Positions 52,955 through 63,063 of a DNA stretch of 64,000 nucleotides are shown here, piece after piece (the stretch's first letter is position 1; each line of letters starts with the position of its first letter). Both the position numbers and the translations under genes were made by a program. Source of the DNA: an uncultured delta proteobacterium (GTDB lineage Bacteria; Desulfobacterota; Deferrimicrobia; Deferrimicrobiales; Deferrimicrobiaceae); the NCBI GenBank assembly GCA_963770975.1, contig CAVYRM010000001.1, positions 193,435 through 257,434 of the forward strand, read 5' to 3'. The notes beneath the pieces were generated by a model, which was not told the origin of the DNA, did not search any database, and saw only the letters and a program-made list of their open reading frames with translations.

Positions 52955-54805
52955 TTACTCTGTCCGGTTGGTGGATTCCCCACGAAGACGTTCGAGGAAC
53001 TCCTCGACGCCCATGGGGGGCAGCTGTTCGCCGCCCCGCCGCCTCGGGGAAACCATCTGTTGGGAAGCTTCCCGCTCACCCACGACGAGTGCGTACGGGA
53101 CCTTGTTCATCTGGGACTCGCGGATCTTGTACCCCAGCTTCTCGTTCCGGAAATCGCCTTCCACGCGGAACCCGGCCGCCCGAAGCTTTGCCACGACTTC
53201 CTGCGCGTAGGGGTTCTGCTTTTCCGTGACCGGCACGACGTCGGCCTGTACCGGCGCGAGCCAGACCGGAAAGGCACCCGCGTAATGCTCCACCAGCACG
53301 CCGAAGAACCGTTCCAGGGAACCCATCAGCGCCCGGTGGATCATGACGGTCCGCCGCTGTGCGCCGTCCTCCGCGACGTACGTCGCGTCGAACCGCTCGG
53401 GGTTGTTGAAGTCGACCTGGATCGTGGAGCATTGCCACGATCGGCCCAGCATGTCCTTGATCTTGATGTCGATCTTCGGACCGTAGAAGACCCCCTCCCC
53501 CGGGTCGACCTCGAAGGGAAGCTCCTTCCGGAGAAGGGCCTTCCGCAATGCGCTTTCCGCGATCGCCCAGTTCTCGAGGGTCCCGGCGTACTTCTCGGGC
53601 CGGGTGGAGAGATAGATGTCGTACCGGTCGAACCCGAAGGAACGCAGGACGAAGAGCGTGAAATCCAGGAGGTTGAAGATCTCTTCGTCGAGCTGGTCGG
53701 GGCGAAGGAAGATGTGGGCGTCGTCCTGGGTGAACCCCCGGACGCGAAGCAGGCCGTGAAGCGTCCCGGACGGCTCGTACCTGTAGACCGTTCCCAGCTC
53801 CGCGTACCGGATCGGCAGATCGCGGTAGGAGCGCATCTTCGACTCGTAGATCTGGATATGGAACGGGCAGTTCATCGGCTTGAGCTGGTACTCCTGGCCC
53901 TCGATGTCGATCGGGGAGAACATCGCCTGGCGGTAGAAGTCCGTATGGCCGCTGATGCGCCAGAGGTCGAGGCGCGCGATGTGGGGGGAGAAGACCAGGT
54001 CGTACCCTGCCTTCGCATGCTCCTCCCGCCAGAAATCTTCCATGATGCGCCGGATCACGGCCCCTTTCGGGTGCCACAGGATGAGCCCGGGCCCCACGGC
54101 GTCCGTCACGCTGAACAGGTCGAGCTCGCGGCCCAGCTTCCGGTGGTCCCGCTTCTTGATCTCCTCGAGCAGCTTCAGGTGCTCGTCCAGTTCCTTTTTG
54201 GATGAGAATGCCGCCCCGTAGATCCGGGTGAGCATCCGTTTTTTCGAATCCCCCCTCCAGTAGGCGCCCGCGGTGCTCATCAGGCGGAACGCGCCGAGGC
54301 GGCCCGTGCTCGGCACGTGAGGCCCCCGGCACAGGTCGAGAAAATCCCCCATGCGGTAAAGGGATACCGTTGCGTCGGGGATATCCGCGAGCAGTTCCTC
54401 CTTGTACGGCTCCCCGGGGAACCTGGCGGAAGCCTCTTCCTTCGAGGCGCTCTCGCGGAGAAACGGAAGGTCGGCCTTCACAATGGCCCGCATCCGCTCC
54501 TCGATCCGGGCGAGGTCCTCCGGCGTGAACGGCGTTTCCACGTCGAAGTCGTAGTAGAACCCGTTTTCGATCGCCGGTCCGATCGTGATCAACGCCTTCG
54601 GGAAGAGCTCCTTGACGGCGGCCGCCATGACGTGCGCCGTGCTGTGACGAAGGATCTCCGCTCCGTCCGGGTCGGACGGCAGGATCCATTCGACCTTCGC
54701 ACCGTCCGGAACGGGTTGCGCAAGGTCCATCGCCACGCCGTCGATCCTGGCCGCGAGCGCCACCTTCGCCTTCCCTTCCTTCCTCGCCAGCTCGAGAAGC
54801 GTCAT
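52955..54805 (-). CDS. thrS: threonine--tRNA ligase (first canonical ATG; true start probably ~14-24 codons upstream)
   Basis: Class II ThrRS (HSTAHVMAAAVKELF editing-domain motif, catalytic core, anticodon-binding domain). TGS-like sequence (ILVFTSDSPGVHEGMTLLELA) continues upstream of the ATG at 54805. The listed ORF start at 54952 lies inside tRNA-Val. Confidence 0.88.
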   Translation of the reverse strand: MTLLELARKEGKAKVALAARIDGVAMDLAQPVPDGAKVEWILPSDPDGAEILRHSTAHVMAAAVKELFPKALITIGPAIENGFYYDFDVETPFTPEDLARIEERMRAIVKADLPFLRESASKEEASARFPGEPYKEELLADIPDATVSLYRMGDFLDLCRGPHVPSTGRLGAFRLMSTAGAYWRGDSKKRMLTRIYGAAFSSKKELDEHLKLLEEIKKRDHRKLGRELDLFSVTDAVGPGLILWHPKGAVIRRIMEDFWREEHAKAGYDLVFSPHIARLDLWRISGHTDFYRQAMFSPIDIEGQEYQLKPMNCPFHIQIYESKMRSYRDLPIRYAELGTVYRYEPSGTLHGLLRVRGFTQDDAHIFLRPDQLDEEIFNLLDFTLFVLRSFGFDRYDIYLSTRPEKYAGTLENWAIAESALRKALLRKELPFEVDPGEGVFYGPKIDIKIKDMLGRSWQCSTIQVDFNNPERFDATYVAEDGAQRRTVMIHRALMGSLERFFGVLVEHYAGAFPVWLAPVQADVVPVTEKQNPYAQEVVAKLRAAGFRVEGDFRNEKLGYKIRESQMNKVPYALVVGEREASQQMVSPRRRGGEQLPPMGVEEFLERLRGESTNRTE

Positions 54806-54907
54806 TCCTTCATGGACTCCAGGTGAATCCGAAGTAAAAACAAGAATCCCCGCGCACCTTCGGCTCGGCAGCTGCCATCCGCCAGGCGCATCGTCCGGGG
54901 GGGAAAA

Positions 54908-54984
54908 TGGTGGGCGATACTGGACTTGAACCAGTGACCCCCTGCATGTCAAGCAGGTACTCTAACCATCTGAGCTAATCGCCC
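54908..54984 (-). tRNA. tRNA-Val (anticodon GAC)
   Basis: Hand fold: GGGCGAT-TA-GCTC-AGATGGTTA-GAGT-A-CCTGC-TTGACAT-GCAGG-GGGTC-ACTGG-TTCAAGT-CCAGT-ATCGCCC-A-CCA. 77 nt, canonical. Confidence 0.9.
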
Positions 54985-55031
54985 GTCCCGCCGATCAAGA
55001 CCAACTAAACTACCGATTGCGGAGGGAAATG

Positions 55032-56375
55032 TCAATGATTTTCCGGCCGGTTCCGTTGATATACAGCCTCGAAGAATCCCCGGGGCGTTGGATCGAACAA
55101 CACGACCCGGGCCCCGGCCCGCCGCGCGATCTCCCCCGGGGTGAGCCCGTCGAGGAACAGGTCACCCGCATCCCGGAGCGTGACGGAGGGAATGTAAAGG
55201 GTCCCACGGACTTTTCCGCGTACGGCCGCCAGGATGTCTTCCCCGCCGAGCAATCCCGTCACGGTGACGCTTTCCCCCATCAGGCGATTGGCGACCGGCA
55301 CCGGGACGAAGCGTATCCCTGCCCTGGAGGAGAATTCGTCAAGGAAAGCGGTAACATGGCGTACCGCCGATCGACCGGTCGCGACCGTTCCGCCGCCGTC
55401 TCCCTTGGGCCAGCTCCTCCTCCGGAACAACGCGTTCGACCCGTCGATGAATCGTCGCAGCAACCCCACGCCGTTTTCGATCTGGGCGAACGATCCGTAC
55501 GACCGTCGACCGGGAACGTTCCGCCCGGCGAGAAGGTAATACTCGTCCGCCGCGGCGGCGAACGTCTCCCCGCCCGGGTTTTTCCCCACTTCCTTCCCCA
55601 GTCTCCGCAGGAGGTCGAGCGTGTGCAGCGCCTCTACCCGTGAAACGGGACGCAGCGGCGGCAGGCGGTCCCGATGGGACGTTAGCCCCACGGGGACGAC
55701 GGCGACGGTGCGGAGACCCGGGCGCAGGGTTGCGAGTTCACGCAGCGTCCTTACAAGCTCCGCGCCGTCGTTGATGCCCGGGCAGACGACGATCTGGCCG
55801 TGGAGCTCGATGCCGGCGCGCACCAGGCGGCGCATGACGCGCATCACGTCGCCCGCCGCGGGATTTCCGAGCATCCGCCGCCGCAGGCGCGGATCGGTCG
55901 TGTGGATCGACACGTACAACGGGGAGAGGCGGTACCGGACGATCTTCCCGATCTCCGCTTCCGTGATGTCGGAAAAGGTGACGAATTGCCCGTGGAGGAA
56001 CGAGAGGCGAACGTCCTCGTCCTTGATGTAGAGGGAACGCCGCAGTCCCTTCGGAAGTTGGTGGACGAAGCAGAACATGCACCGGTTGCGGCATCTTCGG
56101 ACGCGAACCGGCTCCGGGTGGATGCCGAGCGCCTCTCCGCCGAGACGGAAGACACGTTCCCGTCCGGTCCCGGAGCTGTTCCTCCAGCGAAGCAGGAAAC
56201 GGTCCTTCGAGGTCAGGAAGTGGAGATCGAGGAGGTCTCCCACCGGTCGTCCCGATACGGACAGGATCCTGTCCCCCGGGTGGATTCCGGCCCGGTCCGC
56301 CGGTCCGCCGGCCGTGACGGAGTCGACGCGGACGCCCGGCAGGGACCGGTTCACCCCGGGCCCGTCCTCAGGCAT
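55032..56375 (-). CDS. PDZ + radical-SAM-like DUF512-family protein
   Basis: 447 aa. N-terminal PDZ (GGPADRAGIHPGDRILSVSGRPV), a CRNRCMFC (CX3CX2C) cluster motif, and a DUF512-like C-terminus. Confidence 0.75.
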   Translation of the reverse strand: MPEDGPGVNRSLPGVRVDSVTAGGPADRAGIHPGDRILSVSGRPVGDLLDLHFLTSKDRFLLRWRNSSGTGRERVFRLGGEALGIHPEPVRVRRCRNRCMFCFVHQLPKGLRRSLYIKDEDVRLSFLHGQFVTFSDITEAEIGKIVRYRLSPLYVSIHTTDPRLRRRMLGNPAAGDVMRVMRRLVRAGIELHGQIVVCPGINDGAELVRTLRELATLRPGLRTVAVVPVGLTSHRDRLPPLRPVSRVEALHTLDLLRRLGKEVGKNPGGETFAAAADEYYLLAGRNVPGRRSYGSFAQIENGVGLLRRFIDGSNALFRRRSWPKGDGGGTVATGRSAVRHVTAFLDEFSSRAGIRFVPVPVANRLMGESVTVTGLLGGEDILAAVRGKVRGTLYIPSVTLRDAGDLFLDGLTPGEIARRAGARVVLFDPTPRGFFEAVYQRNRPENH

Positions 56376-56970
56376 CCGATAACCGCCTGATCCCGATGTA
56401 CAGGTACTGGAGGCCGGAGGCTACCGTCGTGACCGCGCACACCAGGGCGATCCCCCTGGCGGGGCCGGTCCCCTTCCCCGCGCCCAACGCGCCCATTTCC
56501 GCCGGGAAGGCCGCGACCGCGAGGAAATAGATGACCGTCAGGATCTGGACCGCGGTGTTCGCCTTGCTGAGGCCCGTGGGGTGGATGTCGCTCGCCTTCA
56601 GGAGGAGGAGGTAGAGGATGCTTCCCACGAGGATGAAGATGTCCCGGCTGATCACCATGACGGTAAGTCGGAGGGGGACGACGTTGACGTAGGAGAGCAC
56701 GATGAACGCGGTCGCCATGAGAAGCTTGTCGGCGATCGGGTCGAGGAGCGCTCCGACCAGCGTCCGTTGCCGGAGCCAACGCGCCAGGAGCCCGTCGAGG
56801 GCGTCGGTCAGGCCGCATATTCCGAAGACGAGCAGCGCCCCTTTCCCCCTGCCGGAGATCAGCAGGTAGGCGAAGAAAGGGACCATGAGGACCCTCGCCG
56901 CCGTCAGCCCGTTGGCGATGTTGATCAGGCGGGCCGGGTCGAAGCGTTCTCTTGGGGTCGATGGAACCAT
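56368..56970 (-). CDS. pgsA: CDP-alcohol phosphatidyltransferase (PgsA-like)
   Basis: ATG at 56970 follows AAAGGGAG. Motif DALDGLLARWLRQRTLVGALLDPIADK (DGx2ARx8Gx3Dx3D). The listed start at 57069 would add a Gly/Pro-rich extension. Confidence 0.8.
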   Translation of the reverse strand: MVPSTPRERFDPARLINIANGLTAARVLMVPFFAYLLISGRGKGALLVFGICGLTDALDGLLARWLRQRTLVGALLDPIADKLLMATAFIVLSYVNVVPLRLTVMVISRDIFILVGSILYLLLLKASDIHPTGLSKANTAVQILTVIYFLAVAAFPAEMGALGAGKGTGPARGIALVCAVTTVASGLQYLYIGIRRLSDA

Positions 56971-58049
56971 AACTCCCTTTCGATCATCGAGAGGAGATCC
57001 GGCAATCCTTCCCCCGATTTCGCGGAGATCCGCAAGGCCGCCTCCGGCAGGACCGCCCCGGGGTGGCAAAGGTCGCGCTTGTTCATCACGAGCAGGATCG
57101 GCTTCTCCCGGAAGGAGAGTTCCCCCAGGATCGAATCCACCGCGGCGATGTTGCTCTCCACCGCCTCGGAGCTCCCGTCGGCGACGTGCAGGAGCAGGTC
57201 GGCCTCGCCGATCCCCTCGAGCGTGGCCAGGAACGCCTGGCGGAGCTCGGCCGGCAGGTCGTGGATGAACCCCACGGTGTCGACCAGGATCGCCTCCCTG
57301 CCGCCCGGGAGAAGGAATTTCCGCGCGGTGGGATCGAGCGTCGCGAAGAGCTGGTCCGCCACGAAGACGTCGGCGCCGGTGAGGCGGTTGAAGAGGGTCG
57401 ATTTCCCCGCGTTGGTGTACCCGACGAGGGCCACCACGGGGAAGCCGATCTCCCGCCGCCGCTGGTAATGCAGGGAACGCGTCCGGCGAACGGTGGACAG
57501 CTCCTTCTCGAGTTGCCGGATCTGCGCGCGGATCCGTCGACGATCCTCCTCGAGCTTCTTCTCCCCGGGTCCCCGGGTTCCGATCCCGCCGCCGAGGCGG
57601 GACAGCTCCTTCCTCCCTCCGGCGAGCCTCCCGAGGCGGAACGAGAGCTGCGCGAGCTCCACCTGCAGTTTTCCCTCCCGCGTGCGCGCCCGCCGCGCGA
57701 AGATGTCGAGGATCACTTCGCGGCGGTCGAGGGTCTTCACCCCCAGCTCGTCTTCGAGAAGGGCCTGCTGCTTCGGCTTCAGGAGGTTCTGGAAGACGAC
57801 CAGGTTCGCCCCGAGGGCGTCGATCTCCTCCTTCAGGCGAAGGAGGGTCCCCTTCCCCACGATCGTGGCCGGGTTCTCCGAGTCCACGCTCTGGACCCGG
57901 GCGCCCGATATTTCCGCTCCCGCCGCGCGGACGAGATCGTTCAGCTCTTCCATCACCTCGGTCACGTGCAGGACGGCCGCGGGCCCGCGGGACCGCTTCC
58001 GGTGCGCATACACGAGGAGGGCGCGCTCCCTCCGGGAGGGATCGCTCAT
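56925..58049 (-). CDS. hflX: GTPase HflX
   Basis: ATG at 58049 overlaps the dnaE stop (ATGA). HflX N-terminal domain, then GYTNAGKSTLFN P-loop, DTVGF and NKRD. 374 aa. The remainder of listed ORF 56925-61100 is antisense-frame read-through of dnaE. Confidence 0.9.
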   Translation of the reverse strand: MSDPSRRERALLVYAHRKRSRGPAAVLHVTEVMEELNDLVRAAGAEISGARVQSVDSENPATIVGKGTLLRLKEEIDALGANLVVFQNLLKPKQQALLEDELGVKTLDRREVILDIFARRARTREGKLQVELAQLSFRLGRLAGGRKELSRLGGGIGTRGPGEKKLEEDRRRIRAQIRQLEKELSTVRRTRSLHYQRRREIGFPVVALVGYTNAGKSTLFNRLTGADVFVADQLFATLDPTARKFLLPGGREAILVDTVGFIHDLPAELRQAFLATLEGIGEADLLLHVADGSSEAVESNIAAVDSILGELSFREKPILLVMNKRDLCHPGAVLPEAALRISAKSGEGLPDLLSMIERELWFHRPQENASTRPA

Positions 58050-61000
58050 CCGTGGAGACGCAGGACGTCGTATCCGAACCGCCCCCGGAGTTCCCGCGCC
58101 AGTTCCAGCGAAGGCGTCACCCCGCAATCGACTGGGAGCGAGATGACCGCTTCGTACTCCCCCGGCCGGATCACGTGGAGGAATCCCCTCTTGTCCCCCG
58201 AGTTGCGCCGAATCGTCTTCCGCAGCTCCTCGATGTCGCCGGGAGCCAGCCGGTCCAGGAGGATGTGGAAGTGGACCGATTTCGCGAGCTTCTCGCGGAC
58301 GTTCTCCATGCGGAAGATCTCGTCGGCGTGGATCTTGATCCCCTGGTCCTCGTGTTTGAGCCGGCCGACCAGGAAGATCGGCTCCGGGCTCCCCAGGGTT
58401 TCCCGGCTTTCCGGGAGGGTCTTCGAGAAGACGACGACCTCGACCGTTCCCTCGAGGTCCTCCAGGGTCAGGGTGGCCATCTTCTCCCCCCGCCGCGTCA
58501 TCCTCTCCTTCAGCCCCGTGACGAGCCCGCCGATCCGGACCTCCGTGTCGGTCTTCATCGAGAGGAGCTTCCCGGTGGTGGTGTTCGCGTACATCGCGAT
58601 CTCCCCGGAGTACGAATCCATCGGGTGACCCGTGATGTAGAATCCCAGCGATTCCTTCTCGAAGGTGAGCCGTTCCAGGCGGGTCCAGGAAGAAGGGACG
58701 GTCTCGCCCTTCCGGACCCGCTTGCGGGACTTCCCTTCGGGCGAGGCTCCGAACAATGCGTACTGGCCGGATTCCCGCCGGCGGACCTCCGCCTGCGCTT
58801 CCTCGATGAGCAGGGGGAGGTCCGCGAACACCTTCCCGCGATCCGGATCGAGGGAATCGAGGGCCCCGGACTTGATCAGGCTCTCCACCGCGCGCTTGTT
58901 CACCTTGCGCAGGTCGACCCGGGAGAGAAGGTCGCCCAGGGAACGGAAGGGGCCGTCCCCGCGGGCTTCCAGGATCGCGTCGATCGCGGACTCCCCCAAG
59001 CCCTTGATCGCCGAGAGGCCGAAGCGGATCGAGCCGTCGGAGGGGAAGAAGGCGAATCGCGATTCGTTCACGTCGGGGTGGAGGATCGGGATCCCCTTCT
59101 CCCTGCAATAGCCGATGTAACGGATGATCTTGTCGGTGTCCCCCGACTCGGAGGTCATCAGGGCGCTGAAATATTCCACGGGGTAATGCGCCTTCAGGTA
59201 CGCGGTCTGGTACGCGAGAAGCGCGTACGCCGCGCTGTGGGACTTGTTGAAACCGTACCCGCCGAATTGACGCATGAGCTCGAAGATCGCGATCGCCTTC
59301 GACTCCTCGATCCCCTTCGAAATCGCCCCTTCGATGAAGTGCGCCTTCTGGCGTTCCATCAGGGCGTCGTCCTTCTTCCCCATCGCCTTCCGCAGGACGT
59401 CGGCCTCCCCCAGGGTGAAGCCGCCCAGCGCCTTGGCGATCTCCATGACCTGCTCCTGGTAGACGATGACGCCGTACGTGTCCCCGAGGATCTCCTTCAG
59501 CTGCGGGAGAAGGTATTCGACCTTCTTCCGGTTGTGTCTGCGCTCGACGAAGTCGTCCGCCATGCCGCTCTGCAGCGGGCCCGGACGGTAGAGGGCCACC
59601 ATGTCGACCAGGTGGTTGAACCGGTCCGGCTTGAGGTTCATGACGAGTTTCGTGAACCCCGGGCTCTCGCTCTGGAAGACGCCCGCCGTGTCTCCGCGGC
59701 CCAGGGCCTCGTAGGTTTCCGCGTCGTCGAGCCCCAGCCCGTTCAGGTCGATCTCGACTCCCCGCAGCTCCCTGAGAAGCTTCAGGGTGTCGTCGATGGC
59801 GGTGAGGGTTCTCAAGCCGAGGAAATCGAACTTGACGAGCCCCACGCGGGCGATCGGATCCATGCCGAACTGCGTCGTGATTTCCCCGGTGGTCTGCCGG
59901 TACAGGGGGCAATAGTCGGTGATCGGCCGGTTCGCGATGACCACGGCCGAGGCGTGCGTCCCGGCGTGCCGGCTCCGTCCCTCGATTTCCGCCGAGAAGC
60001 GGAACAGGTCGGCGATCTTCGGGTTTTCGTCGATCATTTCCTTGAACCGCGGTTCGGCCTTCAGGGCGTCCTCGACCGTCATCTTGATCTCGGCGGGGAT
60101 CATCTTCGCGATCCGGTCGACCTCGGCGTACGGCATTTCGAGGACCCTGCCGACGTCGCGCACCGCGGCCCGCGGTTTCCAGGTCCCGAAGGTGATGAGC
60201 TGGGCGACGTTCTCCTTCCCGTATTTCCTCTGGACGTAGGAGATCACTTCTTCCCTGCGGTTCTTGCAGAAGTCGCAATCGATGTCGGGAAGGCTGATCC
60301 GCTCGGGGTTCAGGAACCGTTCGAAAAGGAGCTTGTACCGGATCGGGTCCACCTCGGTGATGCGGATGCAGAAGGCGACCAGGCTGCCCGCCGCGCTCCC
60401 GCGGCCCGGCCCCACGGGGATCTTCTCGTCCTTGGCCCAGCTGATGAAGTCGGCGACGATCAGGAAGTAGCTGGAGAACCCGGTCTTCCCGATGACGGAA
60501 AGTTCGTACGCAAGCCGTTGACGGTACTCCTCCTCGAGGGATGCCGGCACGGCTCCCTCCCTCTTCCGCATCTCCTCGAACCGGCGGCCGAGCCCCGTGG
60601 TCGCCATCTCCCGCAATTTCCCCTCGGGGGTGACGCCCGGGGGCAGGGAGATCTCGGGGAGCTTGTTCGCGCCGAGCTCGATGGTCACGTTGCAACGCTC
60701 CGCGATCGCCATCGTGTTCGCGATCGCGTCGGGGGCGATCCCGCCGAACGCCTTCTCGAACTCCGCGGCGGTCTTCACGTAGAACTGGTCCGATCCGAAG
60801 CGCATCCGGGTGGGATCGGAGATCGTCTTCCCGGTCTGGAGGCAGAGGAGGATCTCCTGGAGCTTTTCTCCGCCCGGGTTCAGGTAGTGGCAGTCGTTCG
60901 TCGCCACCAGAGGGGTTCCGGTACGGCGCGCCAGGGCGATCAGGAGCGGATTCATTTTCGCCTGCTCGGGCAGGCCGTTGTCCTGGATCTCGAGGTGGAA

Positions 61001-61513
61001 CCGTCCGTCCGGGAAGATCGATCGGTACTCTTCCAGCACCTCCAGGGCCCTCGCTTCCCCTTCCGTGCCCATGGCGAACGGGATCTCGCCCTGCAGGCAC
61101 GCCGAGGTGGCGATCAACCCCTCCGAGTGAAGGCGGAGAAGTTCCTTGTCGACCCTCGGCTTGTAGTAGAACCCTTCGGTATGGGCGAGCGAGGAGAGCT
61201 GGAGGAGATTCCGGTAACCCGCTTCGTTTTCAGCCAGGAGGATCAGGTGATAGGCGTACTCCCCGGTCGGGGCGACTTTCCGTTCCGTGCGGGATCCCGG
61301 CGCGACGTAGATCTCCGTGCCGATGATCGGTTTCACCCCTCCCTTCAGCGCCTCTTCGTAGAATTCGATCGTCCCCATCATCCCGCCGTGGTCCGTGACG
61401 GCGACGGCGGGCATACCCAGCTCCTTCACGCGCGCGATCAGCGGTTTGAACTGGATCGTCCCGTCGAGCAGGCTGTATTGCGAATGGAGGTGAAGGTGGA
61501 CGAAGTTCTTCAT
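58046..61513 (-). CDS. dnaE: DNA polymerase III alpha subunit
   Basis: PHP domain N-terminus ([15 protein letters not shown]), polymerase core, OB fold. The ATG at 61513 overlaps the guaA stop (ATGA). The listed GTG at 61519 is 2 codons upstream. Confidence 0.92.
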   Translation of the reverse strand: MKNFVHLHLHSQYSLLDGTIQFKPLIARVKELGMPAVAVTDHGGMMGTIEFYEEALKGGVKPIIGTEIYVAPGSRTERKVAPTGEYAYHLILLAENEAGYRNLLQLSSLAHTEGFYYKPRVDKELLRLHSEGLIATSACLQGEIPFAMGTEGEARALEVLEEYRSIFPDGRFHLEIQDNGLPEQAKMNPLLIALARRTGTPLVATNDCHYLNPGGEKLQEILLCLQTGKTISDPTRMRFGSDQFYVKTAAEFEKAFGGIAPDAIANTMAIAERCNVTIELGANKLPEISLPPGVTPEGKLREMATTGLGRRFEEMRKREGAVPASLEEEYRQRLAYELSVIGKTGFSSYFLIVADFISWAKDEKIPVGPGRGSAAGSLVAFCIRITEVDPIRYKLLFERFLNPERISLPDIDCDFCKNRREEVISYVQRKYGKENVAQLITFGTWKPRAAVRDVGRVLEMPYAEVDRIAKMIPAEIKMTVEDALKAEPRFKEMIDENPKIADLFRFSAEIEGRSRHAGTHASAVVIANRPITDYCPLYRQTTGEITTQFGMDPIARVGLVKFDFLGLRTLTAIDDTLKLLRELRGVEIDLNGLGLDDAETYEALGRGDTAGVFQSESPGFTKLVMNLKPDRFNHLVDMVALYRPGPLQSGMADDFVERRHNRKKVEYLLPQLKEILGDTYGVIVYQEQVMEIAKALGGFTLGEADVLRKAMGKKDDALMERQKAHFIEGAISKGIEESKAIAIFELMRQFGGYGFNKSHSAAYALLAYQTAYLKAHYPVEYFSALMTSESGDTDKIIRYIGYCREKGIPILHPDVNESRFAFFPSDGSIRFGLSAIKGLGESAIDAILEARGDGPFRSLGDLLSRVDLRKVNKRAVESLIKSGALDSLDPDRGKVFADLPLLIEEAQAEVRRRESGQYALFGASPEGKSRKRVRKGETVPSSWTRLERLTFEKESLGFYITGHPMDSYSGEIAMYANTTTGKLLSMKTDTEVRIGGLVTGLKERMTRRGEKMATLTLEDLEGTVEVVVFSKTLPESRETLGSPEPIFLVGRLKHEDQGIKIHADEIFRMENVREKLAKSVHFHILLDRLAPGDIEELRKTIRRNSGDKRGFLHVIRPGEYEAVISLPVDCGVTPSLELARELRGRFGYDVLRLHG

Positions 61514-63059
61514 TCCCACTCGATGGTGCCGGGGGGCTTCGAGGAGATGTCGTAGACGACCCGGTTGATCCCCTTCACCTCGTTGATGATCCGGGTCGAG
61601 ATCCTCTGGAGCACGTCGTACGGGAGGCGGACCCAGTCGGCGGTCATCCCGTCCTGGCTGTGGACGGCCCGGACCGCGACGACATTTTCGTACGTCCGGA
61701 AATCGCCCATCACGCCGACCGTCTTGATGGGGAGAAGAACGGCGAAGGACTGCCAGATCGATTCGTACAGGCCCGCCGCCCGGATCTCCTCGTCGACGAC
61801 CGCGTCGGCGTCCCTCAGGATGCGCAGCCGCTCCCCGGTGACGGGTCCGATGATCCGGACCGCGAGGCCGGGTCCCGGAAACGGTTGCCGTTCGAGGACG
61901 TGGGCGGGCACCCCGAGCTCCCGGCCCAGCTCGCGGACCTCGTCCTTGAACAGCTCGCGCAGCGGCTCGACGAGTTTCAGGTGCATCTTTTCCGGGAGCC
62001 CCCCCACGTTGTGGTGGGACTTGATGACGGCGGACGGCCCCTTGAACGAGACGCTCTCGATCACGTCGGGATAGAGCGTACCCTGGCCGAGGAAGCCGAC
62101 CCCGGGGATCTTGCGGGCCGCCTCCTCGAAGACGCGCACGAACAGCTCGCCGATGATCTTCCGCTTCCGCTCCGGGTCTTCCACGTCGGCCAGCGCGTCG
62201 ACGAAACGGCCGGAGGCGTCCACGAACTCGAGGTGCAGTCCGATCGCGTCGCGGAACGTCCGGAGGACCTCCTCCGCCTCCCCTTTCCGCAGGAGGCCGT
62301 TGTCCACGAAGATGCAGGTGAGCCGGTCCCCGATGGCCTTGCTCAGGAGCACCGCGGCCACGGAGGAGTCGACCCCGCCGGAAAGTCCGAGAACGACGCC
62401 TTCGTCCCCGGTATTTTCACGGATCTTCTTCACGCTGCTTTCGATGAAGGAGTGCATCGTCCATTCGGGGGAAAGGCGGCATACCCGGAACAGGAAGTTC
62501 GACAGGATCTCCGTTCCCCGGGGAGTGTGGACGACTTCCGGATGGAACTGGACGCCGAAGATCGTCCCCTCCGCGTTCGACATCGCGGCGACCGGCGAAC
62601 TGGCCGAACGTGCGATGGAGGAGAAGCCCGGCGGCAGTGCCTCGATCCGGTCGCCGTGGCTCATCCAGACCGGGATCTCCATGTCGTGCCGGAACTCCTC
62701 GATCCCGAGGAACAGGGGGCTTCCCCATGTCCCGCGGATGTTCGCCACGCCGTACTCGCGGTCCTCGGAACGTCCGACCTTTCCCCCAGCAGGTCCGCCA
62801 CGAGTTGCATCCCGTAGCAGATCCCGAGGACGGGAACGTCCAGCTCCAGGACCTCCCTGGCGATTCTCGGCGCATCGGCGTCGTACACGCTGGAAGGTCC
62901 GCCGGAGAGGATGATCCCGGCCGGCCTGAACCCCCGGATGAAATCCGGTCCGACGTTGTAGGGGTGGATCTCGCTGTACACCTTCTGCTCCCGCACCCGG
63001 CGGGCGATGAGCATGGTGTACTGCGATCCGAAGTCCAGTATGAGGATCCTGCCGTCCAA
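61510..63059 (-). pseudogene. guaA: GMP synthase (glutamine-hydrolysing) GuaA, frame broken by an apparent 1-nt deletion in the C5 run at 62783-62787
   Basis: The GATase domain ([21 protein letters not shown]...[14 protein letters not shown]) is in the frame of 63059. The continuation ([20 protein letters not shown]...SGGVDSSV...PPGTIEWE) is in the frame of ORF 61510-62748. One extra G in CTGCTGGGGGAAAGG would restore a single ORF. Confidence 0.88.
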
Positions 63060-63063
63060 TGGG

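Noticed and set aside
54806-54952. TTG start at 54952 for thrS as listed in the ORF track
   Set aside because: That start and the first ~15 codons lie inside the tRNA-Val gene (54908-54984). It is an artefact of an open frame.
58050-61100. Upstream 1017 codons of listed ORF 56925-61100 (1391 aa)
   Set aside because: Only the last 374 codons (from ATG 58049) are HflX. The rest is an open alternative frame running through dnaE on the same strand and has no homology signal.
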